The notes under the pieces are model-generated. The model did not search any database. It saw nothing but the letters and a program-made list of their open reading frames with translations, and had not been told where the DNA came from. Shown one piece after another: positions 13,601-28,600 of a DNA stretch of 64,000 nt. How positions within the stretch are numbered: position 1 is the first letter of the stretch; every line of letters begins with the position of its first letter. Both the position numbers and the translations under genes were made by a program. This stretch comes from Phoronis australis (taxonomy: Eukaryota; Animalia; Phoronida): the NCBI GenBank assembly GCA_002633005.1, contig NMRA01000012.1:462487-526486 (forward strand), read 5' to 3'.

Positions 13601-16600
13601 CGACTACTCTGGCATCCCCTAGTTCCACTCTTGTTTTTTGTGTTCATGTCTGTTTTTCATAAACCCCTTGGATCTTGCTAAATTTAGGAGGTGGATTTCT
13701 CTGAACGCAACACCGATTGATACCTGCATTTGGATGGATCCGACTACTGCTATGCCCTCTCGTGGCAAATTTAGTTTTTTGCTTCTGTGTTTTCGGAGTT
13801 CCTTGATGGACTTTCATGAAATTTGGCAAAAAAAATCTATTACAGGAGGCGATGACAACTTCCTATTTCAGATGAATTCGATGTATTCTATGCCAACAAG
13901 TGGTCACATGTATTGTTTTCTAGTCTGGTTTTTGGTGTCTGCCTTTCTGTTTGTCAAACCAAACTAAAGATCGTTGTGAAAATTATGTGTTAGTAATGCG
14001 AAGAGCATGGCTGACAATGATTTTTGAAGTGGTCCGACTGCTGTGGTGCACCCTAGTGCCTGTGGCTCAATATCTAACAAGTTTCTTGATGGATCTTCAT
14101 GAAATTTGTTATGTGTTTTAATTGAGGAGAGTACAAACGACGGCAAAAATGACTACTCAGTGGAGTCCCCTAGTGGCTGACAAATTTGTTTTTTCTTTGC
14201 ATTTCCCTTGATATCTAATAAGTTACTGTCACACAGATGGGAGCACCTGGCCCATATGGGATGGATTTGACCTAAGTCTCTTGCGTTCTTTAGTCCTTTT
14301 TTATTATTTTCATTTCTGTTCTTTGTCCTCTGTCTCCCTTTCTTCCAAACTGTTTGAAGAATCATGATGAAAGGAGGCATGGACTTTGATGGTAGATGTC
14401 TCTGTTGTTTGAGGTAAATGAAAAGCCTGAGTCACGGTTCCATGGATATTGACAGAGAGGTCATATATTTTATACATCTGATAGCCTGCATTTTTCTGAA
14501 GTCATGTTCAAAGCAAAAACCTACTGTTTAACAACAAGTGACATTCTCATGATTGTAAACGACTGTGCTACATTTTAATGCATGGATTAAGATTTTTCAA
14601 GTAAGTATTCAGAAAATAAATATCTTTGCTTTTGAAAATGGAGAGTTTAAAGTTATTTGACGGAGTGTGAAAGGACTTACCGAAAATTAATATTATCTTT
14701 CTGATGTAATGCCTGACAACATATAATTGCACCCTAATGCATATATGTGCGGCTCTTGCAATTTTTATTTGAGTTTGTTTTATATGTTACGACAATGTGT
14801 TTCTCATTGCTTCAATAGTTATTTTACCATATAGTTGTAGCATGATAGTCTTACACTAGATGACAGTAAATTGTGGGCAATGTTCAGTGCTACATATAAT
14901 TCAGATGTAATTTGAATGAAAATTCAAAGGTAGTGAGATTTCCCAGCATTTTGCATAAATTCTGTTTCCGTCGTGTCAAATTACCACTGTTGTGTTACAC
15001 ACAGGAGTTCAAATTAAAATGGACAGAGTGTTGTCTGTTTCTTTTAATTTAAAGGACAACTCAAACAGTTAGCGAAACACTAGAAATGCCTTCAAAGACT
15101 AGAAGCATTACCGAATACAGATTGTGGTTGGATGTTATCAGGCTGAGTAATGTTATGATCCTAATATGGTCAAAATACTATTTGAATGTTTCAGCTCTAA
15201 TGTTACCAGAGTTGCATTTCAACGACCAGTGAGATCACAAAAACCTTCTGGGATATTCATGCATTACAAGCAAACCACATAATCACACTATCTTTTGTTG
15301 CCAGTGTCTTGCATTAAAGGAACTCGGACTACTTTTCAACACTCTCCGGGAAATGTGTTTCTTTTCATGGACAGAAAGTGAAATTTCCCTATCATTTACC
15401 ATCAGAAACCGCACAGACCAAATTGAAACCACTATCAAATACTGGTTTGCAAGATGGGCTAGGTTGACAAAAACAAACCATTCTATCATTCACAGATGTT
15501 TCATTACATTAGCTTTTTCGCATGCATGCTTTCTCAGATAGAAGTGTAATTGTTAAAATTGACTTTTTCCAATTATCAATACCATTGTGATTGCTCTCAG
15601 TTTCTCTTAATTTTGTCTAATGGTAGCTATAGTAACCACAGAACTTAAAAATGACACATTTGACAGATGCTGCTTATTGTTTAGGGAAAAATGAAATAAA
15701 TATCAGGCATCTGCTGTATTGTGTTCTAAGCTCATTGGTGAAATTCTTTACTTATACGTATTTTAATAAAAATTAATGCCAAGAAAGTTTTTGTATCTAA
15801 AAACAGAAACTTTACCAAATGTTGTTCTTTAAGACATCCACGCAGTACGAATCGGACTAATAACAAGAAGTCTGATTGTTAATCTTTATTTTTTGAGAAC
15901 TTTGCCGAAATAAACTTTCAACCGTCTGACACATTGTGTGCTGGTAAAGTAATTCTATGCACAGCTGTTGTATGTTCCTATGCTTGTAGCGTATTGAAGC
16001 ATAAAGTTGTTCTGTGGAAAGACAGTTATACATGATAACGGTGACTGCAATTAATACTTGTAGTCAATTACTGTGCGGGTAATTAGGGCTAAATTACTTC
16101 ATAATGTTTGAGAACGCGAGGTCAACTCTAGTGTTGTTTGCTCTGTGGCTTGGCAGCAACTAAGTAATTGTAGGTAGGGCTACTAAAATTGTATTGTTTT
16201 GTTCTGGGATTGTTTTTCAATATTTCTCATCACGATGGCATTTGAAACGTGTTTTCGACTTTTTAGTTGATGCAGAGCTGTAATAGTTTGTAGCTTGCAT
16301 TCTATAAACTTGAGATGGTAACTTGTTCTCCAGGCTGAGGAGTATTTACTGATGTTGCTTAATACTAATAATATACTCACTGCTGATGCTAGTAATGCTG
16401 AGAGTGGAAAAAGATGACTAAAATAACAAAAATACTTATGAAAACAGCAAAATTTAGATACTCCCAATTTAATTTCAAGAGCAAACTTTTTTCCAGGCAA
16501 TGAATATGAAGGGAGACATGACTGGATTGTCACTTCAGGTTCCTAGATAGCTAATTCTCAACAAACATGATTAGTAGCGGTATTCAAGATTCAGTTGGTA

Positions 16601-19600
16601 TTGACCGACAGAAAGATGTTTTTATTGTAGTTTCCTTCTGGTTATGCCAATTTTCCTAGAACTGTCACCTTACTAATGTACTATAGCCAAGTTTCGTTGC
16701 ACCATTAAATTCATGTTTCATTAGTAGTAGTAACTATCTTGATTTGTCTGCTCAAATCACAGTTTAGCTTAAGTATTGATTTGGCACAGGTTAACGTCTC
16801 CCAATCAAATTCGTTTTGAGAGCTAATTTGTACATAACAAGAATGAGAAAGATGGTTTAATAACAAGAAGCATTCCTGCCCAGTACTTATTAAACACAAG
16901 AGGTCAGTAGTGTATGGATGTATGCCTTGACTCTTAGCTTTGTTTATCAGGGAATCTAATCTAAGATCATATCCTGTCATTAGCAATGGCTTCCAGCAAT
17001 AAAACTCTAGGTAAGATAGGTTAATGTGTTGTGAACTAAAACTGTTTGACTTCTGAAATGGAATTACTCATGAAAAGTTAAGTCACGATAATTTTTTACC
17101 CGAAGAAATGTGATAAAAATTAGCCAAAATAGATGCAGTAAGTTTGAGTCGATGAATGGTTATAGTAACTTTGAGCTGTGGTATATAAATGGGATGCCAA
17201 TTGTAATGCCAGACAAAAGAGCACAGGATCGCTTAGCAATGAACTAGATTGATGTCTGGATGAGCCTCAATTTAAAAATCCCTGTTATCTGGAGTTGAAA
17301 GAAAACGGGGTTTTTGTAATGAATAGCAAAAACTTTGAATTTACTCAAGAGTGTAGTTAATGTACTGTTCACTTACAGAAAGAATGTTTGTTATTGTATT
17401 TTTATTTTAAGGCCTTTCTGCAAGGAGTGCAACCGATGCAAGTCTGTAGTGTTACTGAAAATTTCTCTCACAATGTGAGCTCGTCTGTCCACAAGTTGGG
17501 ATACCTTTACTATGAACAGCCATGTTACTAGTACATATTGTTTGGGACCATGTTACTTTTACATAGTGTCTTGGATAATAGGTTTAGTTTCAGCTTCCCA
17601 TGCACTGAGTGGAATGTGCCTGAGCATTTGGATATTTCAACTTCTGCATTTTTATCGAACAAGCCAGGCACCAGCATCTTAACTCACCTAGTACCCTTAT
17701 GAAGCAAGTTCAGTGCCTGAGTGAAATAAATTTTGGATACTGAATAAATGAAGAGGTCATATCTATTAAAATGTAAACTGAAGACAGTTCTAACATCTAT
17801 TTTTCTACTTATACCATGATATAGATATACATCATTTTTAGCCTATTTACACCCTCCTCTAGCCTATTTACACTCTCCTCTAGCCTATTTACACCCTCCT
17901 CTAGCCTACTTACATCATCTGCTAGTCCCTTTACACAGCTGCTTTGCACCATCCTCTAGCTTATAGACACCACTGTCTAGCTTTTTGTACCATTCTCTGG
18001 CCTATATACACCATCCTCTAGCCTATTTACACCATTATCTAGCCTATATACACCATCCTCTAGCCTATTTACATCATTCTCTAGCCTATATACACCACCT
18101 TCTAGCCTATTTGCACCATTCTCTAGCCTATATACACCATCCTCTAGCCTATTTACACCACTCTCTAGCCTATTTACACCATTCTCTAGCCTATATACAC
18201 CACCCTCTAGCCTATTTGCACCATTCTCTAGCCTACATACACAATCCTCTAGCCTATTTACACCATTCTCTAGCCTATATACACCATCCTCTAGCCTATT
18301 TACACCATCCTCTAGCCTATTTGCACCATTCTCTAGCCTATATACACCACCCTCTAGCCTATTTGCACCATTCTCTAGCCTATATACACCATCCTCTAGC
18401 CTATTTACACCATTCTCTAGCCTATATACACCATCCTCTACCCTATTTGCACCATTCTCTTGCCTATATACAGGCATCTACCTTATTTGCATCATCTACT
18501 CATCCCTTTATACCATCGTGTAGCCTATTTACCTTCCTCTAGTCTACTTACACCATTATCTAGCCTACTTACATTAGATTTTAGATGTTTTGTTACTTCG
18601 TCATCATCTCAAATCAGTTTTAGGAAGTCAAGTGTAAATTGTCTTTAGGTTAACAAACTGTCTAATATTCAGAAGTTGAGAACAGATATTTAACTAAATG
18701 CATATCGTGTTCACCAGCATCAACTCTGATAATATATATTTCAGAATCTACAAATCTTTGGGATGCCCCAATGGATGCGGTGATGGCTACAGAGGTCGTA
18801 ATGCAGCTGACCTACGTGCCAAAGGTCAATCATGCTTCAGTCGTCTGCAGCGCATCAATCCTCCAGAATTTCGACGCTACCTTCGAGATTTTGTCTCGCG
18901 TCAGTCCATTCAAGACGTTGTGGATTTCCTCCACTCATTTTTGGGTTTCTGTGCTGACCCCTCCTCATTCAAGCTGTCTCCTAAAGGTAGTTGCCCATCT
19001 TCGAGTGCAGGTATTTTAGGCGTACTAACCGCTTTTTAATTCCTCTTGAGTTTACTCTTCGGATTGTATTTTTATTTGTTCCGTGCTAGCAAACAGCTGA
19101 GCTCAGCTGGTTTTGAACAGAATTGTTCTGTCATTGTTATAGATGGCGTACAAAATTTAATCGTACTGGTTTCTGTTTGACGTATGGAAACAAATAGAAA
19201 ACGATTCATACCTTACCAGGTTCAGGTCTTTCATGATAAGTCAACTGCGTTTCGTTGATGTAAACATTTGTGGCAAGAAATTGTTGCTTATGAAACTGAA
19301 ACTGAATTCTACCCAACAATGCAACATTCAGACCAATCACTTCAATGGCTGCCAATTTGCTATCATTGATACATTTGTAAAGTCTTGAGGATACTCATGA
19401 AGCACCCGCTTTCACTTGTGTGTGATTTTGCATGTTCTTACATTATCTTGGTTTTTCACGAGTGTCTTGTGTCTACAGAAAGTCATGATGACACACTACC
19501 CCTTATTTGATGTATTATAGTAGCCCAAGAACATTTCAGAACATACCGGTTTGTTTTTTATTCATTTCAATGTTTTGAGAACCTTTTCTGTGTTTTGTTT

Positions 19601-22600
19601 TGCTTTGCTAAATGGGGCTGTGTTGCATATAACTTCAGCCTTGAACTGATGGTGATAGTTGCATGCAATGTCGTTTGCCAATAGCAATGTCAGGGTAGCC
19701 AGTCTTACTGTCTCATGAACTGCATGGACATCCTCACAAACAGTTGCTCATGAGAAAAGAATGCTGCTTGTAAAGCTGAACTATGGTTTGAGAGAAAGAG
19801 TAGAAACATGTGTTTAAGTGAAGTACGCTTGTGCATGAACAAAGAATTGATGCTTTTGGAGAGAATGCTGTTTTTAAGAACTCACGTACGCCATAGAGAT
19901 GGAATTCTCACTACTCTAAATGCGATATGCAATGGAGCGCCTCTTTATTGCTGCTATGCAATGGAGCGCCTCTTTATTGCTGCTATGCAATGGAGTGCCT
20001 CTTTATTGCTGCTATGCAATGGAGTGCCTCTTTATAGCTACTATGCAATGGAGCGCCTCTTTATTGCTGCTATGCAATGGAGTGCCTCTTTATTGCTGCT
20101 ATGCAATGGAGTGCCTCTTTATTGCTGCTATGCAATGGAGCGCCTCTTTATTGCTGCTATGCAATGGAGCGCCTATTTTTGCTGCTATTTTATTTGCATA
20201 TCCTTTCATGTGAATGGGTCTGTTTGTACTTAGTGAGCAATATTCTTGGTGCCATCATATGGTTTTTGCTTGGCTTGCTTTGGTTTTTGGTCAAGACCAG
20301 GGGAAGGAACAGACTGGTTGTACTCACTGATGTGATTCTTGTGAATATTGTTCTAAGAAGTACAATTTATAACCTCGGCTATTGATTCACTCACGCGACT
20401 TATGGGTGAAAAATGTCCATGTCTAGCTCTGTGCTGAAAACCTGACGTGTTTTTAATCAAGTGTCGCTACTTATCATTTCTAGTTCAAAAAGACGGCATC
20501 AAGGAAGGTGTGTCCCGTAGTGGCTATGCCACCAACTTTGGCCAAAGTATTGGCGGTACGGGTCTGAAGGGTTCTGAGGGAACGTTGGTGGCCAATATCT
20601 TGAAGCCTCTCGTCACCAAGTTTGTCAGCATGTTTGACGAGCTTCATGCACACGACAATATTGTAAGTAGTCATTTGACGTTATGTAGGACCTTATAAAA
20701 ATTCCAAACATGGCCTCCTTTGCTAGTAATGTCATATCTCAGAAATGACCGATTGATTTGTATCAGAATTTATGATGCTATGGTATTTGTACTGTTCTCC
20801 AGTTAGGAATTGTTTTTAAAATGTTCAACTTTTACACGAGGGGCTATGAACAAATGAGACTTTCATGGTTTTTAATAAAAATAAATGAAAGCTGCATCAA
20901 ACAAAAACAAATTGATAATTTAGAAATCTGTAGCATAGTTTGAAAGATCTATCTTGAACACCTTTATCAAACAAAATTTTGTCATATTGCTAATATCGTT
21001 GTTTTACTATTGAAGTCTCTTTCTTTTTTGTCAAATTTACTCAAAAGATGGTGTCAGATGACCCAATTAATGTCAGATTGATATAAGGTCAACAATCAAA
21101 TTCTAAAGGCTTCACCTACATACATTTCCAAGGTATGATATCTTTTTACAAACACTAGATGGACATTTTAAGAAATTGAAAGTTGTCACTGGTGGCTATC
21201 TCAAGTTAAAGAAAATAATTCTTCTAGTTGTCCATTGTTTTGGCCACCGCTGTAGTATTTTGAAGTTGGAAATATTGCATGGAGAATAAATCAAATCTAT
21301 AGCTCAGTACTGACTGTGCACTCTCTAATTTCTTATTTCCATCATAGCGTGTAATTTGCGGTTATGCAGCTATGCATGTGCACATACTGTTAATTTCCTG
21401 ACTAATTACGCAGTCCTAGGTGGTCATTACCTTCCAGTTAGTACTGAGCAAATTACAGGCGCACTCATTTATGGAGGAAGCAGTTAATGGTGTCCTCTAA
21501 TTGAGTGTTGATTGATACAAAGTACTGTTGCGAAATATGTGCATCTAGTTCTTGTTATTTTCTTTTGTTTATGTAAAGTTCTGGCTCACATGAATTTACA
21601 GTAAAATGTCACGTATTTCGGACAAAAATAATTACCAAAATTGCATTTTTTAATGTTTGAAGGTCCTCTGACATTGTTATAAATCCTCACAATTTTCAAA
21701 ATATTGTCTGATGGTAGCTATGGTGACAGGACTTAAATGTGGCAAAGCATTAATTTAAATTGGCTCTGTGGATCATTTACCATGATGAAATAAAAAAGTA
21801 AAATTTCACCTGGCCACCACATTGTCTCTTAAATTGACGAGATTTTACTGTATTCTTGTCTACTGTTATATGATAAATTATAACATGACTTGGCCTTGGT
21901 GATATGTAAATTCATGTCTGGATATGATGGTTATTGACGTATTTTTGTATTACGTATTTCATGCCTTTAGCAATAGGCACTCATAACTCAAAATACTGTA
22001 ATGCTAATCCATTCATTAATATTACTTGTAAAAAGAGGGTCACAATGTCTTGCTTAATACCAAGTTTTCAAAAGTGTTTAGTGTCGTATATAAAATGGTA
22101 CCTTTTAGTTGTCACGAAAGGTCCTCAGTCAGTGCATTTTAGGCATTCGGACAGTCAGTGTCATTTCTTCTGTAAAGGAGTGCAAATTGGCTGCTTTTCA
22201 CAAGATTTAAATTCATTTTGTGGCAATGGTCACATTTCATTTTTATCAAAAGTTATGCACTAATTTTTTGGAGTGCCAATTCTGTATTCGCACACAATAT
22301 ATCCAAGAATCTTGTGTAAAACTAAGATCATGGTCTTCGGAAGACCATGCAAAATCACACTAGTGAAACGCGAGTGTTTTGCAAGACCCTCGGGACCTTA
22401 CAAGCAAACCCGAGCAAAATGGCCGCCACTGAAGTGATTGGTGAAGTGACTGCAATGTTGAATTCTACAATAGGATTCTGTTTCATAAGCAAAGATTTTC
22501 GTGTTTTAAATCATTTCAAAAATATCCTGTTTGCTTTCAACTCCAGACAGCGGCACTTTCTAAATAGAGGCTAGATCCAGATAGTAATCAGGTCATTGTT

Positions 22601-25600
22601 AACCGTCCCAGTAAGCTTTTGTCCAGCATCATGACTCGCAGATCAATTATCTGCGATTCAAAGAGTTTCATTCATCAAGGGTACCAGAGAACCAAAACCT
22701 AAAGCATCGCTAATTTTTATCCTATTTCTTCAGGTGTATTAATTATAGTTCATTAAAATATTGTAGTATGATTGAAGGGCATCTTGACATATTCAAGGCA
22801 TTTTCTTCAACAATTTCTGTTGTATGTAAAGATTCAAGATGCTTACAATTGTCTCCCATCGTTTTCGTAAGGGTAAAACCACTTAACTGTCACTTGATAG
22901 GTTGGTTCAAGTTTTTAATCATTTAAACGTGTCTGCTTTCGGCATCTGCCAAATACTAACAATTATTGGAAAGCCATGATAAATTTATTTTAAAATTTAT
23001 AGAAAGCTGTGTGTAAGGATAGTGTATCTCCGAGGAGCTTATTTTTGTTGCCTCAAGCTTTTGTTGAAGCAGAAAGAAAGCCATTAACGTTCTTGACATA
23101 TTAGTTTGTAATATTCGATTTGTCTTTATAAAGCTTGACACTCCAGACAGCAGAAACGTGTACTAGGTATTAATGTCATGTTCATGGATGACATTATAGA
23201 TAACGCGTCTAAAGCAAAGGCAGTTTTGTGTGTCTGTCTGTTCTGAATTACTGTTAAAGATCACGCACTAGAATCCTTTGCAACATCATAGGAACACTTG
23301 AAATGTAAAAAAAGATAAGCCACATTTTAGGAGAAATAGTTGGTGGAGGAAATTGAGATAAATCGTAGTTGTCATAGGGAGAATAAGTTTTCATCTGGAT
23401 GAGTTACTAGAGAAAATTTTTGACTAGATTTATATTTAAATTAAAGGCCCTGTCACGCCAAACTCTCAAAATGCCCGAACCTTTCTTATCATCTTGATGA
23501 AGCAGGGTGGAGCCTGCCTGCATGCGGACAACCCCTGCCCTAAATGTGTCTTGAATACGACACCTTCTGTGCAGTCCTAACTTTAAGTGTTGAGCACTTA
23601 GTTCCCAATCATTATTTACCTGTTTCCGAGAATGAACTGGAAATTTGTTTAGTATGAAATGGTCCAAAGCAGTATCTGTACTAGTTTGTGAGAACTTTCT
23701 TTTCTCTCACGATCCTTGTTATAGACTTGTCTTGAATTAAAAGGCATGGCTAAAATAACTGCTTGCCAACGTTTCATTATGGTAAAATCTGACCAATTTT
23801 TCACAAAAATAATTACTAAAATTGCCATTTTTACATTTTTCATTAGCTTCTAAAATTGTTGCGAATGCCCTCAATTTTACAACATTGTCACATGGTTGCT
23901 ATGGTACAGAGCTTGACCATAGAAAACCATTAATGTGGTGCCTGGTACTATCTTTTTACTGTTGTCAAGGTAATTACTTTTTTATTCATTCATTCAAAAT
24001 TCATCACTTCAAAGCCAGTTAATGTTTCCTTTTGTGGAGTGGATTATAAAATTGAAACAAAAACATTTTTGAGAACTTTGCACAATACAAGTTTTCTTTC
24101 TGCTCTTTTCTCAGGAGTTGTGCCTAATATTTATAGCGGTGCCTATATTGCGTGCCTTTGGTTTTTTATGTCACATTTTGGGATTGCATGTTATTGATTC
24201 ATTTTTCTGCTTAAGTTGTAAATTTGCCTATGGCTAAGGATGCCCCAAAACTTCTATTTGACCCTGTAAAAATTATACATGTTTTTGTCTTTATGAGGCT
24301 TTGTACACTGACGTCAGACAACTGCTGAATTACGTTAAAGAAATTCATGGCGGCACGTTTCGTAGAGTTGCACTCAGTGGCCTCTTGGATGCCACGGAAC
24401 GAAGACCTAATAAAAAGAACCCTCCCCAGTTGAAGACTGTGAAGGTTATCAGCGCTCGACGTACCGCGTCTGCCACATCTGAGAGTGGTGATGAACTGGA
24501 AAAGAACAAAGTGGATGAACCTGCTCCAACAAGAAGCAGACGTTCTATATTCAGGCGAAAGACTAAAAAGGTTTACTTTGGTGCTGACATGATTAATTAT
24601 CAGTTAATTAAATTTTGATTAGTTGTTTGAATTGGTCACAATTTGTTGAACTAAAATGTCTTGAGCTTGAAGGGGCTGTTTTCATTATAGTGCAGCAGGT
24701 TTCTTTGCTGTAGACTTTTATGCGCCTACATATATGCGGACACATGCCGTCAGGATCATTGTGAAGTTTAACAGATTGACATGGTCATGACTGATATAGA
24801 TTTTGGGATGGGTCCAACTACTGTAGCCCCACCTGGTGGCAAATTATTTTTTTGCCTGTGCCACAAAATCTACTAATTTCGTTGATGGATTTTCATAAAA
24901 TTTGGTATATGTGTGCAGTTGAGGAATGTACACTTGACGTTTATTTTGAGATGATTCCGACTACTGTGGTGTCCTCTACAATCCAGTAGCAGTTTAGGTT
25001 TTCTGTACATATAGCTCTATATGTAGTTCTTGATGAATGTTCTGGAAATTTGGCAAAAAAGGTTTTATCTAGGAGACAACAGCACTTGCCTGACTTATGC
25101 TGCATCCCCCAGTGGCCTTTTACAGTATTTTGTATATATTACATCATACCCCTAGAAGCAACTCTTCCCGATGCAGTTGTGGATGCATTTCAATGTTTTG
25201 GTTGCTTTTGTTCAACTGTTTAAGTGCAAATATTCTTTTCATTTAAAAATTAAGATTTTTTTTGAGTTTTGAAATGAGATATGTACTCTATAAAGTTGTA
25301 AAGAGTCTCTACCTATGTGATATTACCCGTTTCTTTTGTTCAGTGTTCTTCAACAGCTCAACAACTGGTAAGAGGTTCAACCTTTAAGAGCTTTACCATG
25401 TACAATTAATTTTATTTATTTATTTATTTATTTATTGTAATATTTATAATGAGGGTGCTTTCCAAGAGAACCCTCAACAATATATTAACCTCCATGTGTT
25501 GTTTACTAGAGACCTGAGTCCATATGGCTTTTTGTTTGATAAGTGCCCCTAATATGAAGGGAATCATAACCACCCTGGCTTACATGAACAAAAGTAGTTC

Positions 25601-28600
25601 CACTATGTCACTAAATGGGAGAATGTTGACTGGTATGTCTATTTGATCTGTATTTTCTCAAAGGGGTCCAGTCCGTCTCCTGTAAGTGACTCTGAGACTC
25701 TTGATGAAGGCCGTTCAGGTCGGCGAATCAGTATACGTGGTACAAGTCCTGGCCTATCTGGCGGAGAAGACAATGAAAACAGCAGTGTCCGCAGAAAAAT
25801 TAGCAAGTTTCAGTTGGGTGAGTGTTTAGTGTTAAGTGTTAAAGAGTTTGCGCAGTGAAATGAGTGTGCACCTGAAGAATCGCTTTCATAATTGGGTCAA
25901 CTAATAAATGACCATCAATGGTCATCAATGTTTAAGAGCAATAACCACTTGTAATGCACACTGCTTTCAGCTTTCTCCTAATGTATTAATCATGTACCAT
26001 TTAAACTTTCGTGTTGGACATCTGTAACATGTAACAACGTGAACTTTGACAGTAATGGTATTCTGAAAAAAAATGAAATGTGGTAAAATAGTTTCTCATC
26101 TTTGATTCTCGTTTGAGTAACTGTCTCCTTTAAAAGTACGTTGTCTTCTACCCACTCTGCATGTGTGCTCTTGTGTCTAACACTTGTACCGTATTTCTTT
26201 CTATACTTTGTTTTCATCTGTGAGTGTATGGTTGATGGTTTAAGTGTTTCCCCTCAAAGAGTGACCCCCCTTAACTGGACTAGGGTGGTGTGCCTTGCTT
26301 GTTAACCCACTTCTAGCTTGTGTGCGCTGTCTTTCTTTGTCAGCTTGGAAACGGTCCACAAAATCCGATCTAGATGATGCTTCGGCTGACGAACAATCTG
26401 ATTCTGTGAGTACGAAACCTGGTACTACTCCGGTGCGTAAAACCAGCCGTATGTCCTTCAAGGGTGTTGGCACGGCAACATTGATGATACTAAGTACAAG
26501 GAGGAAGTTTGAAGAAGGACTGAAAATTGGGAAGAGGCGGATGAGCAAACGACTGAGTGTGGATGAAGGTAGCTGTGTCTGTTGAAGAAATGACCATGTC
26601 ATATGGCTATTCTGCTAACTCTGTCATATGGCTATTCTGATAACTCTGTCATTAGATTATGAGTCATGATGTGTACAAGCAAATTGAGTTGAACAGTTTT
26701 TCATTCATTTTTATTGTTGGCAAATAAAGAAAATTAGTTATGCTTGTAAAAGTTAGGTAGGAGCACGGTTACCTGTTAACTCACTATGTAGTAAAAGTGT
26801 GTCTCGTTAAGTTTTGATAGGATACTATTTATTATTTCTTTATTTAGAGGCATACATTCTGCAGCAGTTTTCTTGTGTTAGCTAGTTTGGAGATAATAGA
26901 AGATCTTACAAATGTTAAATGTGTTCACTGTTACAGTATGGCTGACTTTGCCCACTTTCATGTAGATATTTATATTATTGGCACCTCGGCATTAACTTAC
27001 CCTTTTCATTAAATTAACACCCAGCATTGCCTTCTCATGGTAAAATTTTGCTTATTATGGACGAAAAATAATTTACAAAATAAGTGTTTTTTTCATTTTT
27101 CAAAGGTTTCTAACACTGCTGTGAATGTTCACAGTTGCTTGGTGTTGAACATAAGACTGATAAAGCCTTTTTTCTTGAATGAAAAAATGAAAAAATATCA
27201 TTTCTCGTCTGCCATACTTTGTCCTAAATTGGTGAGATTTGGCCGTGTTACCTGATATCTGTCTTTGCCACATTCTATTGTCCTTGCTGTCTTATATCTG
27301 CCTTGAGCTGTGTAATTATCATGGCTGGGCTGAAGCCCATCCTCAGTTTTATACTTTTAAACGCCTATAGTTGATTGTATTGTTACTGGTGAACAGTATT
27401 AATGAATCTGACTGTGTGTTGTTTCCCTACTTCATATGCCTGTGGTTGCCTTACTCTTTGTCCAATCTCTAAACCTGTAGTGTGAACAAACTGTTAGTTA
27501 CTTGTAACGTGTCCAGCATGAAATGCCAATCAATTCTTGCTAAGGTTTTTATGATGCTCTGGGTTGTGTTCTGGTGCCCAATGCAATAGTGAGACACGTG
27601 CAGCAAGAACTCATTATTTGTTGAATGAAAATCTTGAAAATTCCCCACAGTTCAGCATTGCAGCCTTGTTGACCTATTGCTTCAGTGTTGGAGATTTTGC
27701 TAGTCTATGGTAGAAATGTCGTGCGCTCACTTGGGAACACTCGCCTTTCACTAGCGGTAGTTTTGCATGATTTCATTTGTTCTCACTTTCATCGTTAGAA
27801 ACTTCTTCTACAGAACAGTGCGTCACATTAAATGACAACGTAGTAACATGTCATATAGTTGGAATTTAACTCAGTGTGGTATTATTATTTATAAAGTTGA
27901 AAAAATTATTGAACTACTCCATTTTAAGGCCACAATCTGGTAAACATTTGTGATTGTGGGCTTTACTTCAGTGTTAAGGCCTAACTTCTGCACATCGTAG
28001 CAGATGGTTTCAAAGAGATGATTACAAAATTTAAGGCTATGTAGGGCCCAAGTTTGGCAAACTTGAGAACATCTTATTTCAGAAATATCCAGTGGGATCC
28101 ATCATGAAACTGTGTCAGGGCCCAAGTTTGGCAAACTTGAGAACATCTTATTTCAGAAATATCCAGTGGGATCCATTATGAAACTGTGTCAGGGCCCAAG
28201 TTTGGCAAACTTGAGAACATCTTATCTCAGAAATATCCAATGGGGTCCATTATGAAACTGTGTCAGGGCCCAAGTTTGGCAAACTTGAGAACATCTTGTC
28301 TCAGAAATATCCAATGGGATCCATTATGAAACTATGTCAAACCAGTGCTTTATCCACTGTTGTCTGTAACTCATTTAGGAATTGTTTTTTAAAAATTCCA
28401 CTTATTCATGAGATGGTATCAGAAAAAGAGGATTTATGATTTTCATGAAGTTGCATAAAATGACAATTTTTAGAAAACCTGAGATTTCATCTTGAACGTT
28501 TAAATTGGACAAAATTTGGTCACGTTATTGATACCGTAATTGTTTTGCAATGATTGCACCTTTCTTTTGTGCAAATTTTTACTAAAAAAGTTGTTCACAT

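Noticed and set aside
17977-18542. 166-aa and 185-aa repetitive ORFs as genes
   Set aside because: They coincide exactly with the 21-bp minisatellite; no splice or promoter support.
7835-18744. Nested gene or missing exon in the 10.9-kb intron
   Set aside because: No recognisable ORF, and exons 2 and 3 join seamlessly (DVLIR|IYKSLGC).
19808-20385. Three overlapping repetitive ORFs
   Set aside because: By-product of the 29-bp stop-free repeat.
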